A stretch of DNA of 32,000 nucleotides from contig NZ_LGHJ01000011.1 in the NCBI RefSeq assembly GCF_001306055.1, positions 210,001 through 242,000 on the forward strand, given 5' to 3'. The translations under genes were made by a program, and so were the position numbers. Positions 23,621 through 31,622 of this stretch are shown here, in pieces (position 1 is the first letter of the stretch; every line of letters starts with the position of its first letter). This DNA comes from Bellilinea caldifistulae (GTDB taxonomy: Bacteria; Chloroflexota; Anaerolineae; Anaerolineales; Anaerolineaceae). The notes below the pieces were generated by a model. The model made no database searches, was not told where the DNA came from, and was given only the letters and a program-made list of their open reading frames with translations.

Positions 23621-24193
23621 TTATCTTTTACGGAAAGCCGCCAGTAGCACAAAAATCAAACCGGCCGCGCTGATGACGATCAGCCCCATCCCCAGCGTAC
23701 TTTCATTTAGCCAGGATGGCGGCTGCCAGTCAATCAGCGGGGCCGGCGTTTCGGTCAGGGTTGGCGTTACCGTGTAGGTCAGCGTGGGTGTGACCGGCGT
23801 TGGGGTAAGCGACGGCGTACGGGTTGGCGGAACCGGAGTCAGGCTTGGGGTGGGGGAAATGGTCGGTGTGGAGGAGGGACGCACCACCAGCGTATCGCCA
23901 ACCAGCAGCACCGCATCCTGCCCGAGCCCGTTCCATTCCAGAATCTGGGCGATGGTCACGCCGTACGCAATGGCAATGCTCCACAAAGACTGTCCACTTT
24001 CGACCTTGTGGATGACGGAACCGTCCGGGTTGGGTGTGGCGGTGATGACCGGCTGAATGACGGGCGGGTTGGTGGGGGCAATCTGGAAGGGGTTGGCGGC
24101 GTGGACCTGAAGACCCTGGCGCGCCAGCCATCCCCCGCCGGGCGAAATAAGCAGGTAAAACAGCAAGGTGATTGCGATAAAAAAGCGGCGCAT
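23621..24193 (-). CDS. LysM domain protein with N-terminal anchor/signal, Pro/Thr-rich linker and C-terminal TM segment
   Basis: The LysM core is HKVESGQSLWSIAIAYGVTIAQILEWNGL...VGDTLVV. A PT-rich low-complexity stretch follows. The start is taken at MRRFFIAITLL (24193). The stop abuts the cysE stop with no intergenic base. Confidence 0.75.
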   Translation of the reverse strand: MRRFFIAITLLFYLLISPGGGWLARQGLQVHAANPFQIAPTNPPVIQPVITATPNPDGSVIHKVESGQSLWSIAIAYGVTIAQILEWNGLGQDAVLLVGDTLVVRPSSTPTISPTPSLTPVPPTRTPSLTPTPVTPTLTYTVTPTLTETPAPLIDWQPPSWLNESTLGMGLIVISAAGLIFVLLAAFRKR

Positions 24194-24268
24194 TGGTTTT
24201 ATTATACCCAATCCGCCGCCCTTACCGGCGAGGATTTTCAACCGACGGCTCTGGAAAGCAACCGCAGG

Positions 24269-24688
24269 TCAGGAAAGCAGCCTTTCGCCGTCTCCGCGTC
24301 CCATGGTTTCGGCAATCACCAGAAAATCGTTGGCGGAGATCATGCCGATAACGGTGCCGCTCTCGTCCGCCACCGGCAGGTGGTGAATGCGTTTTTCTTT
24401 CATAACGCGGGCGCATTCGGCAATGGTCATCTCCGGTGAAATGGTGATAAGCGGCGAGCTCATAATCTCTTTCACTTTGACTTTGGAGGGGTCTTTACCC
24501 TGAGCGACGATTTTGTCGCAGATATCAATCGAGGTGACGATCCCGTATTCGGGGCTTTCTTCCGTTTTTTTGACGATTAAACTGTTGATGTAACGCCGGC
24601 GCATCGTGCTGAGCGCATCCAGCACCGGACTTTCCGGATCAACGAAGACCACCAGATCGTTCATCCAGGCGCGTACGGTATTTTGCAT
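24269..24688 (-). CDS. CBS domain pair protein
   Basis: Two CBS repeats (VVFVDPESPVLDALSTMRRRYINSLIV and ITISPEMTIAECARVMKEKRIHHLPV). The ATG at 24688 has AGGAG upstream. The longer track start has no support. Confidence 0.8.
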   Translation of the reverse strand: MQNTVRAWMNDLVVFVDPESPVLDALSTMRRRYINSLIVKKTEESPEYGIVTSIDICDKIVAQGKDPSKVKVKEIMSSPLITISPEMTIAECARVMKEKRIHHLPVADESGTVIGMISANDFLVIAETMGRGDGERLLS

Positions 24689-24815
24689 GTTCCAATTCTC
24701 CTTTACAGGGATAGGTAAGGTGTGAATGAGGTGCTTTTTACACGATGGGCTGAATGGGATACCAGCCTGAATCAAGTATAGCAAAAAGAAACGGCTTGGC
24801 AAGCCGAAAGATGAA

Positions 24816-25592
24816 TTATCTCAAATCCGGAAATTTCCAGCCGCGCAGCCCATCCAAAGCCTGGTAGGCGGTCAAATCCAGCTGAACCGGCGTCACCGAA
24901 ACGTAATTGCCGGCCAGTGCGCCGATGTCGGTGCCCTCTTCCGGCAGTCCGGTCGGCTCGTCGCCGCCGATCCAGTAATAGGGTTTGCCGCGCGGGTCTT
25001 CGCGGCGGATCAACTCGTCGCGGTAAATCCGCAATCCCAGGCGGGTGACCATCCAGCCGCGAACGGCGCTCAGCGGCTGATTGGGAATGTTCACATTCAG
25101 CAGGACGTGCGCAGGCAGGCCGTTCTCAATCACCAGCGGCACCAGCCGGGCAGCCACGGCTGCGGCGGTTTCGTAGTGCAGGGTGTGGTTGTTTTCCTCG
25201 TTGCGGTCGAGCGAGAAAGCCAGCGAAGGCAGCCCCCAGATCGCGCCTTCCATCGCCGCGGTCACCGTGCCGGAGTAGGTCACATCATGCCCGACGTTGG
25301 CGTTGGGGTTGATGCCGGAGACCACCAGATCAATCGGCTCGGGTAAAATGCCCAGAACCGCCAGCGCAACACAATCCGAGGGCGCCCCGTCACTGGCCAG
25401 GGCGGGTGTGCCATCGGCTAACTGAACTTCCTTGACCCGCAGCGGGCGGTGGAGCGTTTTGACATGCCCGGAGGCCGACCAGTTGCGGTCGGGCGCCAGC
25501 ACGCTGACTTTGCCGAACGGGCGTACCGCTTGCGCCAACGCCAAGAGACCCGGCGCAAAAACGCCGTCATCATTGGTAACCAGAATGTGCAT
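24816..25592 (-). CDS. surE: 5'/3'-nucleotidase SurE
   Basis: MHILVTNDDGVFAPGL ... SGINPNANVG ... YSGTVAAAMEG-type motifs (here YSGTVTAAMEG). The start is taken at the ATG at 25592. Confidence 0.9.
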   Translation of the reverse strand: MHILVTNDDGVFAPGLLALAQAVRPFGKVSVLAPDRNWSASGHVKTLHRPLRVKEVQLADGTPALASDGAPSDCVALAVLGILPEPIDLVVSGINPNANVGHDVTYSGTVTAAMEGAIWGLPSLAFSLDRNEENNHTLHYETAAAVAARLVPLVIENGLPAHVLLNVNIPNQPLSAVRGWMVTRLGLRIYRDELIRREDPRGKPYYWIGGDEPTGLPEEGTDIGALAGNYVSVTPVQLDLTAYQALDGLRGWKFPDLR

Positions 25593-25606
25593 AAACCTGC
25601 CTCGAT

Positions 25607-26659
25607 TCAGATTTCCTCTAAAATATCCATTTCGATTTTCAGGCGTTGGATGAGCGCCTGTTTTTCCGCTGGTGGTAAGATTGCCGCACCGGCTGCCGCC
25701 AGGACGCGTTCCTGCAATTGCTGGCGGGTTAGGCCGAGTTCTTCGCAAGCCAGCCGGTATTCGTCGCTCAGGCGAATGTCGGAAATGCCCGGGTCATCGC
25801 TGTTGATGGTCACGTTCAGGCCAGCCCGCAGCATCTGCAAAAGCGGATGTTGCTGGAGGGATGCCACTGCGCCGCTTTGCACATTGCTGGTAATGCACAC
25901 TTCAAAGGCTGTACCGCGTTCGGCCGCCAACCGCGTAACGGCTTCGTCCTCCAAGACCCGCACGCCATGCCCGATCCGGTCGGCGCCAAAGTCCTCAATC
26001 GCCTGCCGGACATTCTCGGCGCCGCCCCACTCGCCGGCGTGGACGGAAAGCGCCAACCCCTCGCGGCGGGCTTCGCGGAACAGGCTCAGGAAAGGACCGG
26101 CATTGAATTCGACTTCATTGCCAGCCAGATCAATTCCCACCACGCCGGATTCGCGAAAATCCACCGCCAGCCCGATGACCTGTTCGGCCAGTTCAAGCGG
26201 TTCGTGGCGGTTCATGGAAACCAGCAGTTGCACCGGCAGGTTGAATTCGCGGCTGGCCCGCTGAACCGCCGTGCATACCCATTCCATCACCTCGCGCAGT
26301 CCAAAACCGCGCTGGCGGCTGAGTGCCACCGGGGTAAACCGTAACTCCATGTAGCGCACCTGATCAAGTGCGGCATCTTCCACGGCTTCGCGGGTCAGGC
26401 GTTGGATGATTTCCGGCGTCTGGTAAAACAAACGCAGGGTTTGAAATTTAGCCAGAAAATTTTGAAAGGTGAGCGGCTCGCCAGTCTGCATTTGAACCAG
26501 ACCGGCCAGTTGTTGATCAGCGGGCAGGGGCATGTGCTGTTGACGGGCAATCTCCTGCAGGGTGGAAAGGCGCAAAGAGCCTTCCAGGTGGCGGTGCAGC
26601 TCCACCTTGGGCATGCTTTCGTAATAGGTTCCTTGGGTAATGGCTCCGTACCAGCCCAT
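25607..26659 (-). CDS. add: Adenosine deaminase
   Basis: PKVELHRHLEGS, HAGE (VHAGEWGG), RIGHG and INSDDP are the canonical adenosine/AMP deaminase metal-site motifs. The RBS GGAGG lies 8 nt upstream. Confidence 0.9.
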   Translation of the reverse strand: MGWYGAITQGTYYESMPKVELHRHLEGSLRLSTLQEIARQQHMPLPADQQLAGLVQMQTGEPLTFQNFLAKFQTLRLFYQTPEIIQRLTREAVEDAALDQVRYMELRFTPVALSRQRGFGLREVMEWVCTAVQRASREFNLPVQLLVSMNRHEPLELAEQVIGLAVDFRESGVVGIDLAGNEVEFNAGPFLSLFREARREGLALSVHAGEWGGAENVRQAIEDFGADRIGHGVRVLEDEAVTRLAAERGTAFEVCITSNVQSGAVASLQQHPLLQMLRAGLNVTINSDDPGISDIRLSDEYRLACEELGLTRQQLQERVLAAAGAAILPPAEKQALIQRLKIEMDILEEI

Positions 26660-26890
26660 CCCACACCCTCCTGTCAGGCTCGGAGATGATGAATCCCGGT
26701 TGGGACAATTCTATCATAAATCCACAAATGGCTTGGGGACAGGAAGGGTAAGGTTTGGCAGGACAGGATGGCCAGTGGGGTTGAAAACCCGCTTTGCCCC
26801 GCCTCGCCCGGTGTAAGTCTTAAGGCGAGAGGGCAATAACCCGAAAAGAGATCTACGGCAAGCGAAGTTAAGGGAACGGGCAAGGGCAAT

Positions 26891-26914
26891 CAAAAAGCCG
26901 CCGGAAAGGCGGCT
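26891..26914 (-). terminator. Intrinsic terminator downstream of the small Cys-rich gene
   Basis: 7-bp stem AGCCGCC (26896-26902) / GGCGGCT (26908-26914) with a 5-nt loop. On the minus strand the stem is followed by TTTTT (complement of 26892-26896). Confidence 0.6.
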
Positions 26915-26947
26915 GATTGATCTGGAGAAAACTTATAGCGAAGATCT

Positions 26948-27130
26948 TTAAGCCATCTGCTTGAGCATGTTCAACTCACGCTCCACGGCTTCCATTTCGG
27001 CTTTCAGATCGCGCAGGTACTGCTCCAGCCGTGCGATGTAATCATCGCGGGTCAGGGCGATTAAATCGCCGTGCTCGGTGCTGCAACCGCAGTTGCCGCC
27101 GCATCCACAGGTATCCTGGTGTCCGGACAT
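26948..27130 (-). CDS. Small Cys-rich protein (60 aa): N-terminal CGCGGNCGC cluster plus C-terminal coiled-coil-like helix
   Basis: MSGHQDTCGCGGNCGCSTEHG... followed by an amphipathic helix (YIARLEQYLRDLKAEMEAVERELNMLKQ). The ATG at 27130 has AAGGAG upstream. A promoter and a terminator flank the gene. Confidence 0.55.
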   Translation of the reverse strand: MSGHQDTCGCGGNCGCSTEHGDLIALTRDDYIARLEQYLRDLKAEMEAVERELNMLKQMA

Positions 27131-27184
27131 GTTGACTTCTCCTTCTGGCAAAAGTGGGACGAATTGAAACCGATAACTAAACTA

Positions 27185-27212
27185 ATTTTATGATAATTAT
27201 CCGAATTGTCAA
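27185..27212 (-). promoter_or_regulatory. Candidate promoter of the Cys-rich gene with a palindrome in the spacer
   Basis: The minus strand reads TTGACA (27212-27207), then 16 nt, then TAAAAT (27190-27185). The spacer contains the perfect palindrome GATAATTATC (27192-27201). Confidence 0.45.
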
Positions 27213-27271
27213 GACGTAAATGAATGTCAGGCCGGGTAAAACGAGGCATCTCCTTAATTTCAGAAAGGTCT

Positions 27272-27420
27272 TGCAGGAGACCGCCACGCCATCTGCGGCG
27301 GCTCGCGGTGACGTAAACCGTTCATGTCAAACCGAGCGAAGCGACACTTGCACCGCACTAAACCCCCGCCCGTTCTCCCCAAAAATCGCGAAAAGCGATT
27401 TTTGGGGAGGTGCAGGGGGC
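27272..27420. repeat. Composite intergenic repeat: X unit, Y unit and perfect 13-bp hairpin module
   Basis: X unit TGCAGGAGACCGCCACGCCATCTGCGGCGGCTCGCGGTGAC (27272-27312). Y unit ATGTCAAACCGAGCGAAGCGACAC (27324-27346). Hairpin CCCCAAAAATCGC (27377-27389) / GCGATTTTTGGGG (27395-27407), followed by AGGTGCAGGGGG as at 4293-4311. Confidence 0.6.
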
Positions 27421-27451
27421 GCGAGACTGCCGCGCTGCCGCTAACCTCGCT

Positions 27452-27670
27452 TCAGTCTTTCTGATAGGGCTTGATCACCACAAAGGCCAGTCCACCCAGC
27501 AGAGGTATGGCAAGCACAATCAGCGTCCAGAGAGCTTTTTCCGTAGCGGATAGGTTAAAGCGTTTCTGGTTCGCCAGATAGTAAATGATAAGAATGATCC
27601 AGCCAAGCACCGCCAGAAGGCTCACCATCTGAACCAGCAAAAAAACCATTTGAAGACCGGTCTGTTCCAT
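27452..27670 (-). CDS. Small 2-TM membrane protein, PLD-nuclease N-terminal (PLDc_N)-like
   Basis: 72 aa with two hydrophobic helices. The second has a WTLIVLAIPLLGGLAFVV pattern like PLDc_N proteins. The RBS AAGGAG lies 9 nt upstream. Confidence 0.55.
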   Translation of the reverse strand: MEQTGLQMVFLLVQMVSLLAVLGWIILIIYYLANQKRFNLSATEKALWTLIVLAIPLLGGLAFVVIKPYQKD

Positions 27671-27712
27671 GATAATTATCTCCTTATATCCATTGCCGAC
27701 TCTAAATTGTAT

Positions 27713-28360
27713 TCAATAAACTCGGTATGTGAAAGAACAACTTACTGGCACAGAATAGAGCCTTACCCCACCCTCGATGATAAGATAGACATTTACAATA
27801 CCGCCACCTTTGATAGAAACCTGGGCGGCTGTTTGATTGTAGGCATAACTATATTCGTTTGTGAGAGTGGCTACCATAGTCAAACCTGTTAGGCCGGTGT
27901 AAGTACTAAGAACTTTATCAATCCATCGAAATGACCCTGAACTTCCTACTCGAATATCGCCCCATGTATTAAATCTTGCAATACCATATCCTAATGGTAC
28001 AGAGCAGCTCCGCGTGATTACATTGTATGTGATGCTTTCCGTGCCTACTAAAAATCTTTCTGGGAAGTACTCTCCCGAGAAATAAATATGAGTAGTTTTC
28101 TGTGTAGAGTTCTTGAAAAAAGTTAGAAATTTTTCCAGCTCTTCCGGTGATTTGAATTTGAGAGGAGTAATACCTACTGGTATGTAATCAACTGAAGTTA
28201 AGTTGAACCGGTTTATGATTTCCTCGTAGGAGATACCGGATTTATCGAATGTACCCTGTGATTCCTGTGATAACATAGAGCCTTGACCAAACAATGTCAA
28301 TATTATCAACAGACTAATCAGGTGGTATGTTTGCATAATTCGAAGCGACTTGAATTTCAT
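27713..28360 (-). CDS. Hypothetical secreted protein (215 aa), low-GC island
   Basis: Signal-peptide-like N-terminus (LISLLIILTLFGQG), GGAGG 7 nt upstream of the ATG, and about 38% GC on a counted 60-nt line. No family recognised. Confidence 0.6.
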   Translation of the reverse strand: MKFKSLRIMQTYHLISLLIILTLFGQGSMLSQESQGTFDKSGISYEEIINRFNLTSVDYIPVGITPLKFKSPEELEKFLTFFKNSTQKTTHIYFSGEYFPERFLVGTESITYNVITRSCSVPLGYGIARFNTWGDIRVGSSGSFRWIDKVLSTYTGLTGLTMVATLTNEYSYAYNQTAAQVSIKGGGIVNVYLIIEGGVRLYSVPVSCSFTYRVY

Positions 28361-28534
28361 CTTAATTCCTCCATAAAAGTTTTCTTAAGTATTATTCTAT
28401 AAAGCAGGTAGCTTCCAAGGGGGCTTCCATAATCTGGTTATATTGGATTTTTATGTTAACAATTTGTTAATGATATAAAAAACTAACAGGCTATCCAAAA
28501 AATTAAGCAAAACAATGATGTAATCCTCATTCTT

Positions 28535-28959
28535 TGGGCATACAATCCCCAACATCAGAAAGGTAAGCCCTATGCGCCTTAAATGGATCAATTCCAATAT
28601 GCAAGGTTTCTTGGAAGTCTACAAGCGTTTCAATAGCCCCTGAGTGACTGCTTATTTGCGTAACACGCTCTTGGCTGACTTGCGCGAACCGTTACCTATG
28701 CAAGCTCAACTACCGGAGCAATTCGATTACGAATACCAGCACCACCATCCCCCTAACCTGTTTATGTTCTTCGAAACGTTAGTGGGCAAATAAGATATAA
28801 GAATTGCTCACCAATGCAAATCATTGAATAGGCTGAAATGATGCTTATGTTCTATGATCGCTTAATCCAGATATAGATATGATTGTAGTCGTGCTGAACA
28901 ATCTCAATGCTGGCGGTTCTCCATTTTTGTGTATGAGTCCGAAGAAACCCGGCGGTTAG
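28535..28959 (+). pseudogene. Decayed internal fragment of an IS630/Tc1-mariner family transposase
   Basis: Translated pieces in shifting frames read MQGFLEVYKRFNSP*, then LREPLPMQAQLPEQFDYEYQHHHPPNLFMFFETLVGK*, then IVVVLNNLNAGG. These follow the IS630 pattern ME-x-VL-x-Y...R-x-PLP...DYEY-x-R-x-GT-x-NLF...EPL-x-G...VLDNLNTH. In-frame stops and frameshifts are present, and both the N- and C-terminal parts are missing. Confidence 0.55.
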
Positions 28960-28984
28960 CGTCATAAACAGTTTAATTTCACTC

Positions 28985-30361
28985 CTACTGCAGCAGCATC
29001 TGATCCACCGCCTGCGCCAGCTGCGCCAGATTGGAGACCTGGAAGATGCGCTGGCAGAGCGGTGCGTACTGCCGCATGTCCGAATCGCCGCTGCCCCACA
29101 GCCAGACCGGCTCGGGATTGAGCCAGATCAGCGTGCGGGCGCGGCGGGCAAAGCGTTGCAGCAAGTCCACCCGCGGGTCGTTGTAGTTATTGCGTCCATC
29201 GCCGACCAGGATCAGGGTAGTGCGCGAATCGAGGATGTGCAGGTACTCGCGTTCAAAGTCCTGCAAGGCGCGCCCCAGGTCGGTGTTGTAGTAGCCGGGT
29301 GGCATACGCTGCAACACCTGCTCGATGGCCTGTTCCGGCGGCAGGTGGGCAAACTCCGGGGTGATATAAGCCAGCCGGTTGATAAAAGTGAAGGCGTGGG
29401 TGTGGCTGATCTGATCCTGAATGGCATACAGCAGGCTGAGCATCAACTCGGAGCAGTAGCGCATGGAGGTGCTGATGTCGCAGATCACCACCAGTTTGGG
29501 TTTGAGGGTGTGATCGCGGAAGCGCAGTTCCAGCGGCACATGCCCGTATTTGAGCCCGGCGCGCAGGGTGGCTTTGCTGTCCAGCTGACCGGCTTTGGCG
29601 CGGCGCATCCGCAGGGCGAGGCGGGTGCGCAGGGCAGCCGCCAGCCGCTGCACCTCGCGGCGCAGTTGACGCATCTCCTCGGGTGAGATCATCTGGAACG
29701 GCCGCTGCAAGAGACCTTCCGAGGGTGGCTGGCGCGGATTTTCGGCCATGCGTTCCAGAATGTTTTCGCCGGCCTGCCGGCGGATTTGCTGCTGCCAGGC
29801 GTTCAGGTTGTTTTGCAGGGCGCGCCGCAGCTCGTCCACTTTGCGGCGGTTGAAGCCCATCTCCTCCAGTTTTTGGAGCAATTCCTGGATGGCCTGGCGC
29901 AGTTCGGGGAACTGCATCCACTGTTCCATTTGACGGGCAAGCCAGTTCTGGTCGCGCAGGTCGAGCGGCATGTTCGGGTTCATCAGCTCGTTTAACTGAG
30001 CCAGTTCCTGCTGGCTGAGGGGTTTGCCCTGCAAAAGTTTCTCGATCATCTCCTGCAGGTGTTGGGCAAACTGGCGCAGGGCTTCGGCTAATTGACGGGC
30101 TTCCTGCGGGGTCAGTCGGGCGGCAGCCTCCTGCATCGGGGGCGGTTCGTCCGAGCGGAAGAACAGCGGAAACAGGCGGTCGAACACGGCCAGATCGCGG
30201 GCGTCTTTGATCAGGGTGGTGCGCAGGGTCAGGCGAAAGCGCTCTTTATTCTGCACGCCCATGCGCTTGACCGCCTGGAAGGCATCCTCGCTCTCTGCCA
30301 GGCTGATGCGTACCCCGCTGGCGCGCAGCGCCGAGATGAATTGGGCGGTGCGGCGTTCCAT
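28985..30361 (-). CDS. VWA domain protein, CoxE-like
   Basis: N-terminal FISALRASGVRISLAESEDAFQAV is typical of CoxE-like proteins. The C-terminal VWA carries the MIDAS-like motif VVICDISTSM and LILVGDGRNN. The ATG at 30361 has GAGGAGG upstream. Confidence 0.8.
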   Translation of the reverse strand: MERRTAQFISALRASGVRISLAESEDAFQAVKRMGVQNKERFRLTLRTTLIKDARDLAVFDRLFPLFFRSDEPPPMQEAAARLTPQEARQLAEALRQFAQHLQEMIEKLLQGKPLSQQELAQLNELMNPNMPLDLRDQNWLARQMEQWMQFPELRQAIQELLQKLEEMGFNRRKVDELRRALQNNLNAWQQQIRRQAGENILERMAENPRQPPSEGLLQRPFQMISPEEMRQLRREVQRLAAALRTRLALRMRRAKAGQLDSKATLRAGLKYGHVPLELRFRDHTLKPKLVVICDISTSMRYCSELMLSLLYAIQDQISHTHAFTFINRLAYITPEFAHLPPEQAIEQVLQRMPPGYYNTDLGRALQDFEREYLHILDSRTTLILVGDGRNNYNDPRVDLLQRFARRARTLIWLNPEPVWLWGSGDSDMRQYAPLCQRIFQVSNLAQLAQAVDQMLLQ

Positions 30362-30371
30362 GTCCGCCTCC

Positions 30372-31331
30372 TCAATTCTGCCAGCGCGGGCGCGGCGGCA
30401 GGCGGGTAGGCGGCTGATCGTCCCCATCTGTCCGCCGCAGCAGGCGGCGGGCGCGCTGCAAGTCGCTTTCGTGCTTTAGCAGCACGCTCAGGGTCGTTTC
30501 GAGGGTGCGTTCATCCAGCGCGCTGGCGTTCAGTGATACGAGGGCTTTCGCCCAGTCCAGCGTTTCGCTGATGCTGGGGGATTTACGCAAGTCCATCGTT
30601 CTCAAGCGCTGCACCAGTTCTACCGCATCCCGCGCCAGGCGCGGCGCTAAATCAGGCACTTTCAGGCGCACCACCGAAAGCTCCTGTTCCAGAGTGGGAT
30701 AATCAATGAACAGATACAGGCAGCGCCGTTTGAGGGCTTCGCTCAGTTCGCGGGTGTTGTTGCTGGTCAACACCACCAGCGGGCGGTGAACCGCTTGCAG
30801 GGTGCCAATTTCCGGCACGCTGACCTGAAAATCGCTCAGGATTTCCAGTAAAAAGGCTTCAAATTCGGCATCGGCGCGGTCAATCTCGTCAATCAGCAGG
30901 ACGGTGGGTTTTTCGGAAAGGACCGCCTTTAGCAGCGGACGCGGCAGCAAAAAACGCATCGAGAAGAATACGTCTTCTTCCTGCGCCAGACGGTCGGCTG
31001 CTTCACGCAGGCTGGCGGATTTAGCCAGCACATCCTGCAATTTATCGCGCAGCAGCTGGGTGTAGAGCATCTGTTTGGCATATTCCCACTCGTAAAGCGC
31101 CTTGGTTTCGTCCAGCCCTTCATAGCATTGCAGGCGGATCAGTTCGTAGCCGGTTGCACCGGCGATGGCTTTAGCCAGCTCGGTTTTTCCTACGCCGGCC
31201 GGGCCTTCCGCCAGCAGCGGTTTACCAAGGGTCTTACTCAGGTACAGGACGGTGGCAATTTCTTCGCTGGCGATGTATTGCTGGTCGCGCAGGGCTTTTT
31301 TAAGTTGATCGGGGGAATCGAAGGGATACAT
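30372..31331 (-). CDS. MoxR-family AAA+ ATPase (CoxD-like)
   Basis: Walker A GPAGVGKT, Walker B VLLIDEIDRA, and the characteristic LRLQCYEGLDETKALYEWEY segment of CoxD/MoxR proteins. It lies 10 nt upstream of the VWA gene. Confidence 0.9.
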   Translation of the reverse strand: MYPFDSPDQLKKALRDQQYIASEEIATVLYLSKTLGKPLLAEGPAGVGKTELAKAIAGATGYELIRLQCYEGLDETKALYEWEYAKQMLYTQLLRDKLQDVLAKSASLREAADRLAQEEDVFFSMRFLLPRPLLKAVLSEKPTVLLIDEIDRADAEFEAFLLEILSDFQVSVPEIGTLQAVHRPLVVLTSNNTRELSEALKRRCLYLFIDYPTLEQELSVVRLKVPDLAPRLARDAVELVQRLRTMDLRKSPSISETLDWAKALVSLNASALDERTLETTLSVLLKHESDLQRARRLLRRTDGDDQPPTRLPPRPRWQN

Positions 31332-31622
31332 GGTTGCACCTGTAAATTACCTATCTATTTGGGTCAATAATGTCAATATAACATATTTCAACCCTGCAAG
31401 GCTACACCTTGTAGCGAAAACCATCCAAAATCACCCGTTCGATTGGGATGGTTAAACTTGAGTTAACAGCGCAACTGTTCCACATTGATCTTCGTAAATA
31501 TAATGTATATTGTTAATTCGGAAAATGAACTTTTGGAACCTTTTAATCGGATGACATTCTGGAAAGTTGCTTCTAATCCCCACCCGCAATTTGTACCCCA
31601 ATCCTCAAGAAGGTGAAAAAAA

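Noticed and set aside
26700-26890. G-rich motifs (GGCAAGGGCAAT, AAGGGTAAGG) and a GTCTTAAG string resembling the start of the CRISPR repeat, in the add upstream region.
   Set aside because: The similarity to the CRISPR repeat is limited to 7 nt, and there is no repeat periodicity. This is most likely ordinary intergenic or promoter DNA.
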